A DNA stretch of 63,878 nt, counting the filler, from Octopus bimaculoides (Eukaryota): assembly GCF_001194135.2 (NCBI RefSeq). It is 7 parts of 7 records of this genome, joined end to end, with 100 filler letters (N's around TTAATTAATTAA, not from the genome) between each part and the next. Parts side by side here need not be neighbours in the genome. Positions count along the whole stretch, not along the records: positions 14,064 to 44,885 come from NC_068990.1; 6 more parts are not named here. One strand, written 5' to 3'. Every line of letters starts with the position of its first letter. Positions within the stretch are counted from its first letter, which is position 1. Made by a program: the position numbers and the translations under genes. A model generated the notes under the pieces. It worked only from the letters and a program-made list of their open reading frames with translations, was not told the DNA's origin and did not search any database. Of this stretch, positions 25,258 through 38,817 are shown one piece after another.

Positions 25258-26560
25258 TATGTATTTTATTGCATATAATAACATCTCTCTTTCATATGTG
25301 TGGGTAATTATAACTAAATTCTAATTTATAATGATACCTATATAATAACTTATAATGATACCTATATATTATTTCTGCCCATATCCTTACACATGTATAG
25401 TATCATCATCACCGTACGGTACCACATCTGCCACATCCACCCTCGTTTCAAAATATGATAACCACTAAGCCAGGTGCCTTCATCTGCTCTAAGAGTCCTA
25501 GGATTCGATACAGTAATGCAAAAAAGTACTCTCTCTTGTGTTTATATCCAGAAGTTTAAGGCGGTTTTTCTAACCACGTTCTGTTCATAGTGACTATCTT
25601 TTGAAATATTGTACACTGTATGAGACAGAAAGTGATCAAAAGCAAAGAATAAAAGATAAGCAGCCAAGAAGTCGACGGTTCTTATATAGTGTCTGGCATT
25701 CTGTTATTTCAGTAGCAATGCATTGCTACTTAAATAACAGAATACCAAACACCTCAAACACCTCTTAACCCTCAAACATACAATCTATCCACTCATAAAA
25801 AGATAGCACAGAAAGCGGCAAAGGCTCGCCGCTATATTCTTGAATCTCTAAATTGACGCGTAGTTCGTAAGTTTACTGTACCAAATTCAACACTTAACCT
25901 TGTGCCTGTAGAAAATAGGAAACCCATTTCAGTGAAATCGTGAAGGCCAGCTCTTCAGCTGTGCTCCAACAACTAACAAGGTCATTTGACTAAGTAGTCA
26001 TTATCTTTTCTGACCTTCTGTTTAGTTTCATAAATTACAAGTATTACAATCTGCAATATAAATTTATGACTTCTCTGTTGCAGTAACAATTTAGTCAAAT
26101 CCTGAATACTGGTCTTATGTACCAATATTTTCCCTGGCTTTCCCTTTCATGTGAGTGTATTGTTGTATAAAGCCTTTGTTCATTCATGCATGCACGTAGT
26201 AACCACCACTGAAAAAGAGCCGAATCCATACACAACCTACCAGCCTTTCTGAGGATCACCAGGATTGTGTATTTTCCTAAACTCTTGTCTACGAAACAGA
26301 TTGGCAAAATAGGCTGAAAGGGATCTATAATACTGCATTGTATAATGATGCATACATGCAAGCGCGCATGCACACACATACACACACACGCACACAAACA
26401 AACAAACATACATACATACATACATACATACATACATACATACATACGTGCATACATACATACATACACGTTGCAATTCAGTAGCATCACGAAATATGAA
26501 ATGTCTTTTTCGAGGTTCAACGAATGTAGCCGAGATACCTCATAAAAAAGAAAGACTTAT

Positions 26561-26592
<32 letters not shown>

Positions 26593-26616
26593 TGTATGTA
26601 TATAGATACATGATAT

Positions 26617-26760
<144 letters not shown>

Positions 26761-27509
26761 ACACATCGATTCTCCCTGGTTACAATATCTTTTCTATTCG
26801 TATACTATCCTATATTATACTTTTTCTTTTGTATGTAAATCTTCCAATTTTCAGTGTAGACACAAATATGTAGATGTAAATTTACTTTCATACATATTCC
26901 TCTATCAAACTCCAACTCTTTCTGATAAGATGAAAGGATGAACAAATCGTCTACATAGAACTCTTTACCATCCAAGAATTTCAAGCTATACATAGTCGCA
27001 CTGTATAATTAACCATAATTATAAGGTATGGATTGCATTGGAAGTTTTCTTACCTTATAATTCTTCGCATTTCGGATTTCTAATTGAAACATTTAGACTG
27101 ATTTCTTTTTAGGATTTCTTTTGTAGCAATACCTGGTTCTTGCACTTTTCCTTGTTTGTGTCTCAAAATTGTAGTAAGCTAATATTTCCGATACAGCTCC
27201 ACTTGTCAATTGGTCCATTCCGCTTAATACTTTCTTCATAGATTTTTTTTCTCTCTCAGCAAAATTGATAACGCTTATTCACGATGTCTTCTCTAGATTC
27301 ATTGTAACGACGCAGAAAGGAAACCAATGACTCAGTTTTTGACAACGCAACATGGCTGCTTAGTAGAGCCGAGCAAACCGCCACGCGCGAGCGAATGTGA
27401 CTTGGTGACATATATCACGCTTTCGCCACTTGTGCGATGTAGTTACGAACAAACATGGACAATTTCTCGAAACCCCCTCTACATCTCGTTCAATGGTACA
27501 TCTAAGAGG

Positions 27510-27678
27510 TGACCGCAGGATGGAGAGAGGACTGCTCTAGCACCTGATTGGAATAGACTGGGACAACATAAAAATGAAGTGCCTTGCTCAAGAACACAAT
27601 GCATTACCCAGTCCAAGAACAGAACCCGCGATTTTATGGTCAAGAATCTAACACTCCTAACTACAAAGTCATTCGCCT
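27510..27678 (-). mobile_element. Degraded CORE-like SINE
   Basis: AAGTGCCTTGCTCAAGAACACAA (reverse complement of the CORE-like TTGAGCAAGGCACTT) with a tRNA-like head remnant. Confidence 0.55.
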
Positions 27679-28189
27679 TTGCGTTGTTGCTTCTATTTTA
27701 TTATATTGTGATTTCCTTTACATTGTTTTCTACATAGATTACGCAGTTTTCCTAATGATGAATGGAAAAGACTAGCAGAAGGTATGGTTCAGTCCCTCTC
27801 ACCCGTTTTAGTCTTTATTTCGCTAAGTACAACAAAATCTGTATCTGTATATGTGTCTATGACAGAGTAAGCTTAGAACGAGATGAAGCAGGTCCAACAG
27901 CTCCGGATTCTCGGATGAAGATTCACTGGAAATAAGATTTTTGCGGGTTGTCTCCTCCTGCATTTAAATAAACTGTTCATTATTTTTCTTCATTTTAATG
28001 TCAACAACTTTCATCTCTCCTTGTCTCTTGCTTCCCTTCTCTCTTCCCCCTGTAAAATACATCTGCATTTAATATTTCTTCTCACTGCTTTATAACACGG
28101 TCTCATATACGCTGTTTAGAATTTTATCCTTGTAGCATTTTTTATTTCTTATTAGATTTTGTATATTTTTGGTTTGGTTTTTAATTATA

Positions 28190-28345
28190 TTCATGGTGAA
28201 TTGGCGGACTCGTTAGAATGTCGAATAGAATACCCTACGGCTTCCACCCCGCTCTGGGTTCGAATTCTACTGAAGCTAACTTTACTTTTCATCCTCTCGG
28301 AGTCGATAAAATAAAGTACTGGTCAAGGACGGAAGTCGATTGTAT
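28190..28345 (+). mobile_element. tRNA-derived SINE copy
   Basis: GGTGAATTGGCGGACTCGTTAG...GGGTTCGAATTC...TTTCATCCTCTCGGAGTCGATAAA. Confidence 0.75.
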
Positions 28346-29818
28346 TTATTCCGGTTCGTTGCATTTTAATTCAAATTCTGCCGGGGAGCAAATGTTCTGA
28401 GCTAACCAGGGTTCAAACTTGATCGTCGAGAGTGCTCCTTCTCAGTATGTATGAACTTTTATTCTGAATTTACTTAGGGAAGGAGAGAAATATCTCAAGA
28501 GAATGACACACCAAAATATCACTGGTAATATTCCTATTATCCAAATGGTGCATGTTGGCTAGTTGAACAGTTACAAACTGTCATGGACAACTATTCCTTA
28601 CAGCTAGTATTTATCAAGCCATTTCATCACCATATATTTATGCTTTAAAAAAATAAATGTACATGCATATTTAAACCTATATAAAATACATATGCATACT
28701 ACATAAAGTCCAATATGTGCATATGTACACATGCATGTTTATGTATGTAGGAGCCTTCGTGTGTAAGTCTGTAAACCAAATTATCAACCTGTATTTCTCT
28801 TCGTTACATCTCAAAGCTAAACTGATTCGCCCAATATCTAATCGTAAACGAAGCATATAAAAATGTCAAAACAATTTAGCGAACCAATCGACAGGAACAA
28901 ATTCTTCCTTTTTTTTCAAAATCGTATAGTAATTTGGCTACAGATATAATTCATCATACCATACTTTTATTTATTTATTTATTTATTTATTGTGATGATG
29001 TAGAATGGAAACCGGAGAGAGAAGTATAATTTCTCAAGCGCCAAACAAGGCCAATGCCTGTATATGTATGTGGTCTTGTCAGTCTCTTGAGAGATATAAG
29101 ATCTATGCAGTTTGTACACAGACTTAGACATAGTTTGTATCGTGTTCAATACTATATGTCAATGCGCAGCCATACATGTATATGTATGAATCTACACACT
29201 AACATAGTGTGCATTGTATTGAGTAACATATGTCCACGTGGAAAGACAAACATGAGTACATGAATGTCTGTACAACCTCTATATACTTAATACAGTGAGT
29301 ATTGTAAAAGAAAACCGTATGTCTCTATTTAAAGACACATGAGTGTACAATGTGTGGTGGTGGTGGTGGGACAGCGGTTATTTGTTTTTCTTGATATTCT
29401 TTTCGTAGGTTTGTAATGTCTAATGTAAGTTCTGCTGCACAGTATTTGGGATGGATAGCTTTTTTTTCCTTTTTGTAACTGTAGCGTTATATTTGTATAT
29501 ATTTGTGTTTGTTTATACAATGTGTATTCATGTGTTTAAATATGGAATATCATGTAAAGTGGAGAAATTGTGTGCACATGTTTGTATGTGCGTGTGTGTG
29601 TGTGTATGTGTGTGTATGGTGTGTGCGTGCGTGCGTGTGTGTGTGTGTGCGTGCGTTTATGCGTGAGTGTGTAGCCACATATCTATGTCTTGTGTGTATA
29701 CATGACAATGTATATGTCACGCAAGCTGTGAATTCGACCATTCTTTTACCAGAAGATAAATTTATGAATGTATGATTTTGTTTCCTTCTATTTTTTCATT
29801 TTGCTTGCTTGTGTGTGT

Positions 29819-29862
<44 letters not shown>

Positions 29863-30377
29863 CAGAGAGAGGGGGAAATCCAGTGAGTGTATGAAGACTT
29901 GTCTTTACTTGAATTTTTTGCAAGAGCGAATACTTAAAATGGCCGTATTCAGTTTCTGGCATGGGTTTCACAATACTGTTATTTTATGTTCATTTATGTT
30001 GTTGTGTATCAGTGTGTGTGTGCGCCTTATATTATTGTGTGTTTGTTTTACCACGTGCTATATATTGGTTGGTTGGTTGGTGTGGTGTATAAGTGCTTTT
30101 TTTAATGTGTTGTATATTATTTTTTGTGTTTTATACATACTGAGTGTATATATCTATTATTGCCTGTCTGTGTTTTATAAATGTTGTGTGTGTATGTGCA
30201 TGTGTGAGTGTATGAGTGCATGTACGCAAGTTTGCATGTGTGTGTGTGTGTAACTGATAACATCTATTTTGATGCAAGAAAACTAATATTCCAGCAAATA
30301 ATAATTGAAGACATTTTCTGAATTAGTAAAATTAAAGAAAAACGGTGCACTAAGACAAATAGGGAATAGTATTGTTA

Positions 30378-30990
30378 CTAGTAGTAGTTAGAGAGTCTTG
30401 CGATATTTCTTGCAGTATTTCTTCCAACTGTTTACGTTCTGAGTTCAAATCCCGTCGAGGTAAATTTTACCTTTCGCTCTTTCGGAACCGATAGAATAAA
30501 GTTTCAGCTAAGTACAGGAGCAATAGCACTAATTAACCTCCTCCCTTCAAAAGTGCTGGTCTTTTGCTTGATTAGAAACAAATATTTCTACTCGGATCTA
30601 AGAGCAGAGATTATGCAGAATCATTAGATCGTCGGACGAAATGCTTTGCAGTTTTTATATTCTAAGTTCAAATCATTCCGCAGACAACTATTCCTTTTCA
30701 CCCTTTGGGTTAATTAAGAAGTACCAGACAAACACTGAGTTTGATTTAATCAGTTAACACTTTCCCCTCACCAAATTTCAGGCCCCATGCTTATGATAGA
30801 AACTATCATTATCAGAGGTAATAAGAGCGGTGGTTTAGTAAATGTTTTTGAGCATCGAGCAAGATTCCTTATGGTATATGTTCTGAGTTCAAATCGCGTT
30901 TATAAAACGAAGTACCAGTCAAATATTGGACACGACGTAATCAACTTCCTCCTCCCTCAAAATTGCTGGCCTTGTACCAAAATTAGGAAA
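30378..30990 (+). mobile_element. Three tandem degraded tRNA-derived SINEs
   Basis: Three successive B boxes (GAGTTCAAAT at about 30441, 30665 and 30885), each followed by family body and tail, ending in an (ATC/ATT)n array at 31000-31095. Confidence 0.75.
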
Positions 30991-31015
30991 CAATTATCAT
31001 TGTCATCATCATCAT

Positions 31016-31094
<79 letters not shown>

Positions 31095-31139
31095 GCTGTT
31101 GTTATAAAAGTGATGCTAAGAGCCGAATATGCGAAGCAC

Positions 31140-31600
31140 AATATACCTATCATGGCTACCCGTCTGTTAAGGGTACAACAGGCACATACATTACAACCAT
31201 ATGTGCACGACATGGTGATCTCATATCAGGATAAATAGCGCATGACATTGCAGGTGGGGCTCAGTAAGAATTTTTTCAGGTTGAGTAGCCCATCTAACTC
31301 AAAAGGCCCCTGAATAAGGATTGTTTAAGGATGATGAATGAAACATGTTTCCAAGGGTGAATTATTCAAACCCTAGAGAATTCTTCTCAACACATAGCTA
31401 TGATGCTCCTCCACTACTCCTGCTCGTGATCAGAGATGCACATGTTGTCAGCAACTAAGGGACATGGTCAACTGATTAAGATCAAACAACTGACAAGCAA
31501 ATCTGTGGTACTGAGCAGAATATTTGCTGTAGCCTCTCTTTTGCACCAAGACAAAGCATGTACATGTTAACACTTCCAATCAGTTAAGAACACAAGCTGT
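31140..31600 (-). mobile_element. Unclassified interspersed repeat (copy 1)
   Basis: Homologous to 53213-53935 (GGTGATCTCATATC, GGTGAATTATTCAAAC, GCTATGATGCTC, CCAAGACAAA, TTCCAATCAGTTAAG). Orientation inferred from the (TAA)n-type tail. Confidence 0.75.
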
Positions 31601-32126
31601 GATATAATAATTGCCCTGCATATTGCACCTGAGCATTTGTTGTTGCTGTTGATTTGACTCAGGCTCGGTCTTATTCCTGACAGAATTTATGTGAGTAGTG
31701 CGTAACCTTAAGTATCCACTAGCTTTCAATAATCTTTCAAGTGCTTAGAACCCCACTGATAATTTTTCCTGTCCTTAAAGGCAAACTTTCTGTAGTAGCT
31801 CTACAGGACATTCTATTCCAGTCTCCTTCAACCATTTGTCTATATTTTTGCATACAGTTTCCAGAGTAAAATCTTTATAGTTTTCATAATTATTATTATA
31901 ATTATTATTATTATTATTTACTTTTAATCTGTATATTTGTTACAATCATTTGCTGAGACACACCCATAGGGCAAGTGAAGGAGAAGAGATGTTACATTTT
32001 GACTGAACGCTTAAGGGGGGAGGTGGTAGGGGCAGTAGCGAAATATCTCCATGTAATACAACACAGATATTTAAAGTGAGAGGGGTTATTCTAAAGATGT
32101 GAGCAGTATTACTGTTATTATTATTA

Positions 32127-32820
32127 TTGGCAAGGAAGTGCCGTCAGTTGGAGCTGCTCGAGATGTGCGCAGAGTGATGAAATCGTATTTGCACTCACTT
32201 GTCCAGTGCCCGACGATTTCTGACGCGTGGGTTTTATGTCGAGCACTTGCTGTTGCGTGTCGCCCGAATCCGGCTATCAGCCAAGTCTATTGTTAAGATT
32301 GCTCCTCCCACTTCCTTTGGTCGGAAAGGCCGGGCAGTTTTCATCTGCCTGGTGGCCATGGCGAAAGAGGTTGTGTGGTGGACAAGAGTGAATGGGCTGA
32401 AGACAGGTATTTTCCTCTTTGGCGAATCTCTAATCAACTTCTTCAGGTTTCACTTGAAGAGGCGTATCAGAGTGGAGAGGGAGGTGCTCTTTCTAGCAAA
32501 TTTATTGAAAGGTGGGTGAGAGTGGTGAGCATAGTTCGTGTGAACGGGCCTGCTCAGAGCATGCAATTTTGAGTGGAGTATGAGAGAGAGGAAACACTTA
32601 CCTAAGTGATCAGGCAAACCGTGATTTTCTGTGGGGTTTGCATGGTTTTTCCTTGCAAGTCTCCCCCCACACTAACCCTCTTGGGGAGCTGTAATTGTTT
32701 AATTTTATTGTTCAATTTTTGTTATTGTTTTATATGATTACACAGTAAACCCCTCCGTTTGTACCTTTGTATTTGCGTTCCTGTGTGTTCTATGTAGGCC
32801 CATGTGGCCAATAAAGAAAA
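32127..32820 (+). mobile_element. 5'-truncated Tx1/L1-clade LINE 3' end
   Basis: Frameshifted CCHC knuckle C-S-R-C...H-S-L-V-Q-C-P..W followed by VAMAKEVVWWTR; 3' UTR ends in AATAAAGAAAA at about 32809-32820. Confidence 0.7.
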
Positions 32821-32828
32821 CATTATTA

Positions 32829-34617
32829 TTTTTTTTTTTTTCTTCAAATTTTCTTCCATTTCTCGCCGAGTGTTTTCCGTACACCTAAGGCAGAAAAGCT
32901 CATTGTACGCATTCCTATATTACACACGCAAATTCAAAGGTAAAATACGTATTTAAAAAAATTAATAAATAAATAACTTCATGAATGGATGTTGTTTTCA
33001 CAGCGATAATGCTCTTCTCAATACCTGAATCGTTCCAGTTAACACGAATTTTTGCACTTCCTGTAGGGATGGTAATCTTGGTATCATTTTCAAATATGTT
33101 TCAGTGCCCTTTTTTATCATTTCTAGAGATCCTACAATCACTGGTACGGTAGTCGCCTTGAGATGCCACATTTTTTCAATTTCTATTAGCAAGTCTTTAT
33201 ATTTACTGATCTTGTCAAATTCTTTCGCCGCTATATTGTGATCGCCAGGAATACTCATGTCAATTAATAAACACACCTTTTTTGTCTGATCTTTTATAAT
33301 AATATCCGGTTTATTAGCTTTTATAGTTTTGCCAGTATGTACGGGGAAGTTCCAGAGAATCGACACATTTTCTCCCTCAGTCACAGCTTCAGGATGGTGT
33401 TTATACCATTTGTCAGCGGTTTTGATTTTATAATGCCGACATATTGTCCAGTGTAAATACTGGCCGACACTGTCATGTCTTGCTTTATATTCTACAGGTG
33501 CTAAGACTCTACTCCCTGAGATTNNNNNNNNNNNNNNNNNNNNNNNNNNNNNNNNNNNNNNNNNNNNNNNNNNNNNNNNNNNNNNNNNNNNNNNNNNNNN
33601 NNNNNNNNNNNNNNNNNNNNNNNNNNNNNNNNNNNNNNNNNNNNNNNNNNNNNNNNNNNNNNNNNNNNNNNNNNNNCGGCATTTTGGGTCAGCTCCATTT
33701 TTTATCACATTGGCCTGGTAGTTCCGGGTTAATAAGCTTTGGTCTTGAGCAGCTAATATGAAACCATCACTCTCTGCTTTTAGCCCTGAGCTTCGTATCC
33801 ATTGATGTGTGCGTTTCTGGTCGACATCAGCTTGTTTGCTACGAGCCACATACTTGCCATGCAGAGGTTTCTGTTCCCATCTGCTAGCTAATTTTTCATG
33901 TGCTTTTGTCTTTGCAATTAATTTTATTTTCTGATAGGTATCTAAGAGATCAGTAGCAAATTTTTTGCTCTCTTTCAGAATAGAGTGAAGTTTTTTCGGT
34001 CTTTCAAGTTCTTCTACAAGTTTTAGCATCCAATTGCTGGTTGTTTCTAGGTATTTGGCCAATCCAATTGTGGTGGTTTTGTAAGTAAGTTCAAGCTGGA
34101 CCAAGCCTCGACCTTCCTGAGCTCTTGTAAGATAAAGACGATCCACGTCTGCCTTTGGATGGTGCATCTTCTTACAAGTCAGTAGCTTGCGGATTTTTCT
34201 ATCCATTTTCATTATTTCACTGGTATTCCACATTGAAGCTATAAAGAACAACTGGGACTGCTAAGGAATTTATGGCTAACACCTTATTATATGCATTCAC
34301 CTCAGACTTCAGAACTGCTCGAACTCTTCTATAACATTCCTTCCTAACCTTCTCTTTCATGCTCAGACTTCAGAACTGCTCGAACTCTTCTATAACATTC
34401 CTTCCTAACCTTCTTTTCCATGCTTGCATGCTGGATACTAGAGCCTTCATTTATTCCTATGTATTTATAGGTTTGTTCTTGCTCAAGTTCCTTTATTCTT
34501 GTTTCGACATCTAATTCTATTGAACTTTATTTTACCAGTCTCCCTTTCTTAAAAGTGGCTTTGGCACACTTTTCAAGGCCAAACTCCATCCCGATATCGT
34601 CACTGAATCCTTTCACA

Positions 34618-34692
<75 letters not shown>

Positions 34693-35881
34693 GACGCCGC
34701 ACAGTATACAATATCGTGAAGGTGTTGATTGAAGATATTGTGTCTACCGGGGGCTTGTATTGTTTGTCAAGTCACAACAAGGACCTCGGATAGTCAGCGC
34801 TTATTTTCCTGTTGTCAATTTTGTAGCCATACCATGTTTTATTCAGTTCACCTGAGAGTGGTATCAGTGCTATGCAGAAAATTAGTGGTGAAAGTGAGTC
34901 ACCTTGGAAAATGCCACAGTTTATGCTAATATTGTTTGAGCGCAATACTCCATTAGAATGATATAATTGCAGCTTCGTGTTCCATAGTGACATATTATAC
35001 TTTAAAAAATCTGAAATCACAGGAGAAATTTTGAAAATGTCCAGCGATTTCAGAATCCACGAATGTGGTATGCTGTCAAAGGCTTTTTTATAATCAATCC
35101 ATGAAGAGCTGAGATTTCTGCGCTTGTTATGGCAGTTCTCAAGGATCATGCGATTAATTAAGAGCTGATCTTTGNNNNNNNNNNNNNNNNNNNNNNNNNN
35201 NNNNNNNNNNNNNNNNNNNNNNNNNNNNNNNNNNNNNNNNNNNNNNNNNNNNNNNNNNNNNNNNNNNNNNNNNNNNNNNNNNNNNNNNNNNNNNNNNNNN
35301 NNNNNNNNNNNNNNNNNNNNNNNNNNNNNNNNNNNNNNNNNNNNNNNNNNNNNNNNNNNNNNNNNNNNNNNNNNNNNNNNNNNNNNNNNNNNNNNNNNNN
35401 NNNNNNNNNNNNNNNNNNNNNNNNNNNNNNNNNNNNNNNNNNNNNNNNNNNNNNNNNNNNNNNNNNNNNNNNNNNNNNNNNNNNNNNNNNNNNNNNNNNN
35501 NNNNNNNNNNNNNNNNNNNNNNNNNNNNNNNNNNNNNNNNNNNNNNNNNNNNNNNNNNNNNNNNNNNNNNNNNNNNNNNNNNNNNNNNNNNNNNNNNNNN
35601 NNNNNNNNNNNNNNNNNNNNNNNNNNNNNNNNNNNNNNNNNNNNNNNNNNNNNNNNNNNNNNNNNNNNNNNNNNNNNNNNNNNNNNNNNNNNNNNNNNNN
35701 NNNNNNNNNNNNNNNNNNNNNNNNNNNNNNNNNNNNNNNNNNNNNNNNNNNNNNNNNNNNNNNNNNNNNNNNNNNNNNNNNNNNNNNNNNNNNNNNNNNN
35801 NNNNNNNNNNNNNNNNNNNNNNNTCTTCCCATACCTGTTCTTGTAGATTTTTGTAGGCATCTTGGGTGCGTTTGATCCAGT

Positions 35882-35885
<4 letters not shown>
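32829..35885 (-). mobile_element. R4/Dong-clade non-LTR retrotransposon (RT plus restriction-like endonuclease), 5'-truncated and disrupted
   Basis: RT motifs WIDYKKAFDSIPHSW, GIFQGDSLSPLIFC and DIGMEFGLEKC; thumb region KADVDRLY..R..GRGL; RHD after the CCHC region; RLE NKPDIII...LIDMSIP. Poly(A) then (AAT)n at the 3' end. Two N gaps inside. Confidence 0.9.
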
Positions 35886-35931
<46 letters not shown>

Positions 35932-35975
35932 GTTGTTGTTGTTGTTGTTGTTGTTGTCGTCGTTGTTGTTGTTTT

Positions 35976-36590
35976 ACTTCTCAAAGCGCTTGGGCTTGTT
36001 TGCTCTGGTTGATTCTGTGAGAGCGGACAGCAGCCTGTTGTCAGAGGTCTCACAGCGTATCTTTCTGCACCTTATAAACTTTGATATTTGGTTGTTAATT
36101 ATCGTGGGAGACATTCAACATCCAAGTACCAATGTCGATATCCTAGCTGTTCTAAGCAGAGCAGTCTTTTGGGTTTGCTCTGTCAATTCCGATTTCTTTG
36201 ACATATTTCTCGAACTTCTTGTTGGTGCTCCGAATGCCACTACAACTACTGGTATGACATACACTCTCCTCATAGTTCACATTCTTGCAAATTCATCTTT
36301 TAGTAATCTGTACTTTTCAATCTTTTCTAGTTCTTTGTCACTTATGTGCGCATCCCCAGTTATTGCAACATCTATAATCTTGGTTTCTTTTTTCCTCTTT
36401 CTACAACAATATCTGGTCTCCGAACAGCAATTAGAAAGTCACATTGGATTGTATCTGGTCTTCCAACAGCAATAGAGAGTCATATTGGATTGTAAAATCC
36501 CACAGTAACTTATATTCTGTGTTCTCAGTGTCTACTCCTGGTTCATGTTCGTATTGCCCATACAGTGATTTCATTTTCCAATTGTTTATT
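35976..36590 (-). mobile_element. Second R4/Dong 3' fragment (RLE domain)
   Basis: Broken-frame KLLWDFTIQ, RPDIV, IIDVAITGD, EKIEKY and VIPVVV; tail runs into (AAC)n(AAT)n at 35883-35975. Confidence 0.8.
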
Positions 36591-36610
36591 CTTTTTCCTT
36601 CATTGTTATT

Positions 36611-37450
36611 AAGGCGGCGAGCTTGCAGAATCGTTAGCGCGCCAGGAAAAATACTTAACGGTATTTCGCCTGTCTTTTCGTTCTGAGTTCAAATTCCACC
36701 GAGATGGACTTTGCCTTTCATTCTTTCGGGGTCGATAAATTAAGTACCAGTGAAACACTAGTCCCTTCCCCCCAAATTTCAGGCTCGGTGCCTATAGTAG
36801 AAAGGACTATTACTATTATTATTAAAGCAGCCAGCTGGCAGAATCGTTAGAACACCGGGCGAAATGCTTAAAGGTATTTCGTCCGTCTTCACGTTCAGAT
36901 TTCAAATTCCGCTGGGGTAAATTTTGCCTTTCATCCTTTTGGGGTCGATTAAATAAGTATCAGTTGAGGATTGGGGTCGATGTAATCGACTATCCTTTTC
37001 CCCAAAATTTCAGACCTTGTGCCTACCGTAGAAATTATTATTATTGTTGNNNNNNNNNNAGCAGCCAGCTGGCAGAATCGTTAGAACACCGGGCGAAATG
37101 CTTAAAGGTATTTCGTCCGTCTTCACGTTCAGATTTCAAATTCCGCTGGGGTAAATTTTGCCTTTCATCCTTTTGGGGTCGATTAAATAAGTATCAGTTG
37201 AGGATTGGGGTCGATGTAATCGACTATCCTTTTCCCCAAAATTTCAGACCTTGTGCCTACCGTAGAAATTATTATTATTGTTGTTGTTGCTGTTAAGGTG
37301 ACGAGCTGGCAGAATCGTTAGCGCGCCGGACAAGATGATTTGCGGTATTTTGTTCTTGTTAGCGTTTTGAGTTCAAATTCCGCCAAGATCAATTTTTGCC
37401 TTTCATTCTTTTGGGGCCGATAAAATAAGTACAAGTTGAAATTGTTGACC
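36611..37450 (+). mobile_element. Tandem array of tRNA-derived SINEs (3 real copies plus 1 probable assembly duplicate)
   Basis: Heads at about 36611, 36826, 37060 and 37295, separated by (ATT/GTT)n. 36826-37049 is identical to 37060-37283 across a 10-N gap. Confidence 0.85.
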
Positions 37451-38085
37451 TTGTTCCAAAATTTTAAACCATTGTTATTATTCGTTCATTCATGTGTTCA
37501 GTCATTCGTTCATTCATTCATTCTTTATTTTATTTTTAAACAATAGCTCGTGGTTTGAGCGAGATTTATTTGTCTGCTATTTCAGCCTGCTCCAACGACG
37601 ACAACGATCGATCAATCCCCCAATGACATCATTGGCTGAATTTCTGTTTTCTTCGTTTATTTTAGAGGTAAATATTATTTCAGAAACCCTTATCTACATG
37701 ACGTTTCAATCAAAAGTAATAAAACTATATTAAGCAAATGAATACATAACTAAATGGTCTGACTAGTCTTCATTTGTTATTCAAGCGTTTAAACATTAAT
37801 TTCTTTATTAGCTATCGATAGTCGGAGCTAGGTCGTAATGAAGTATACATCTTTATGATGATGACATTTAAATATCAGAATTTTGGAATATAATGGTGAT
37901 GTGTTTACTTTTTTGTTGCTATGTGTTTGTGTGTGTGAGATGGTGAGGATGGAACAACCAGAAGAAATAGAATTCGATAAATGAGAATATTAATAAATAT
38001 CTATAAATCGACAAAGTCTTAAAATCGACAGAGGTTTGAAAATTACTATGCATGAAACTCTCGGTCATTTGCAACTCGCTGTTGA

Positions 38086-38117
<32 letters not shown>

Positions 38118-38165
38118 TATGTATCTATATGTATATATATGTATATAACTCTCTCTCTCTCTCTT

Positions 38166-38200
<35 letters not shown>

Positions 38201-38785
38201 NNNNNNNNNNNNNNNNNNNNNNNNNNNNNNNNNNNNNNNNNNNNNNNNNNNNNNNNNNNNNNNNNNNNNNNNNNNNNNNNNNNNNNNNNNNNNNNNNNNN
38301 NNNNNNNNNNNNNNNNNNNNNNNNNNNNNNNNNNNNNNNNNNNNNNNNNNNNNNNNNNNNNNNNNNNNNNNNNNNNNNNNNNNNNNNNNNNNNNNNNNNN
38401 NNNNNNNNNNNNNNNNNNNNNNNNNNNNNNNNNNNNNNNNNNNNNNNNNNNNNNNNNNNNNNNNNNNNNNNNNNNNNNNNNNNNNNNNNNNNNNATAAAA
38501 AGGAGGTATAAGAAATGAATATATTTATTAGGATTATGCCCGTTTCGCAGCCTTATTCATGCAGTGAAATAAACTATGCTTACATAATTTTATAAGATAT
38601 TTATTTTTTTATAGATTTCAGTTATTTTACCCACCTTATTTCCTCTTTTTATCCCTTCCTGTATTTTTTTTAACGTTAAGGATAATCAACTTCCTGAACT
38701 TCTATATAGCACTCGAATTGATATGAAACAACGTATGTTTATTTTTACTAACTAAATCAAGCTGGTTTCAGGCTCCCATACATTG

Positions 38786-38817
<32 letters not shown>

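Noticed and set aside
36826-37283. Perfect 224-bp direct repeat of a SINE
   Set aside because: The two copies are identical and separated by a 10-N gap, while neighbouring copies are diverged. Most likely overlapping contig ends.
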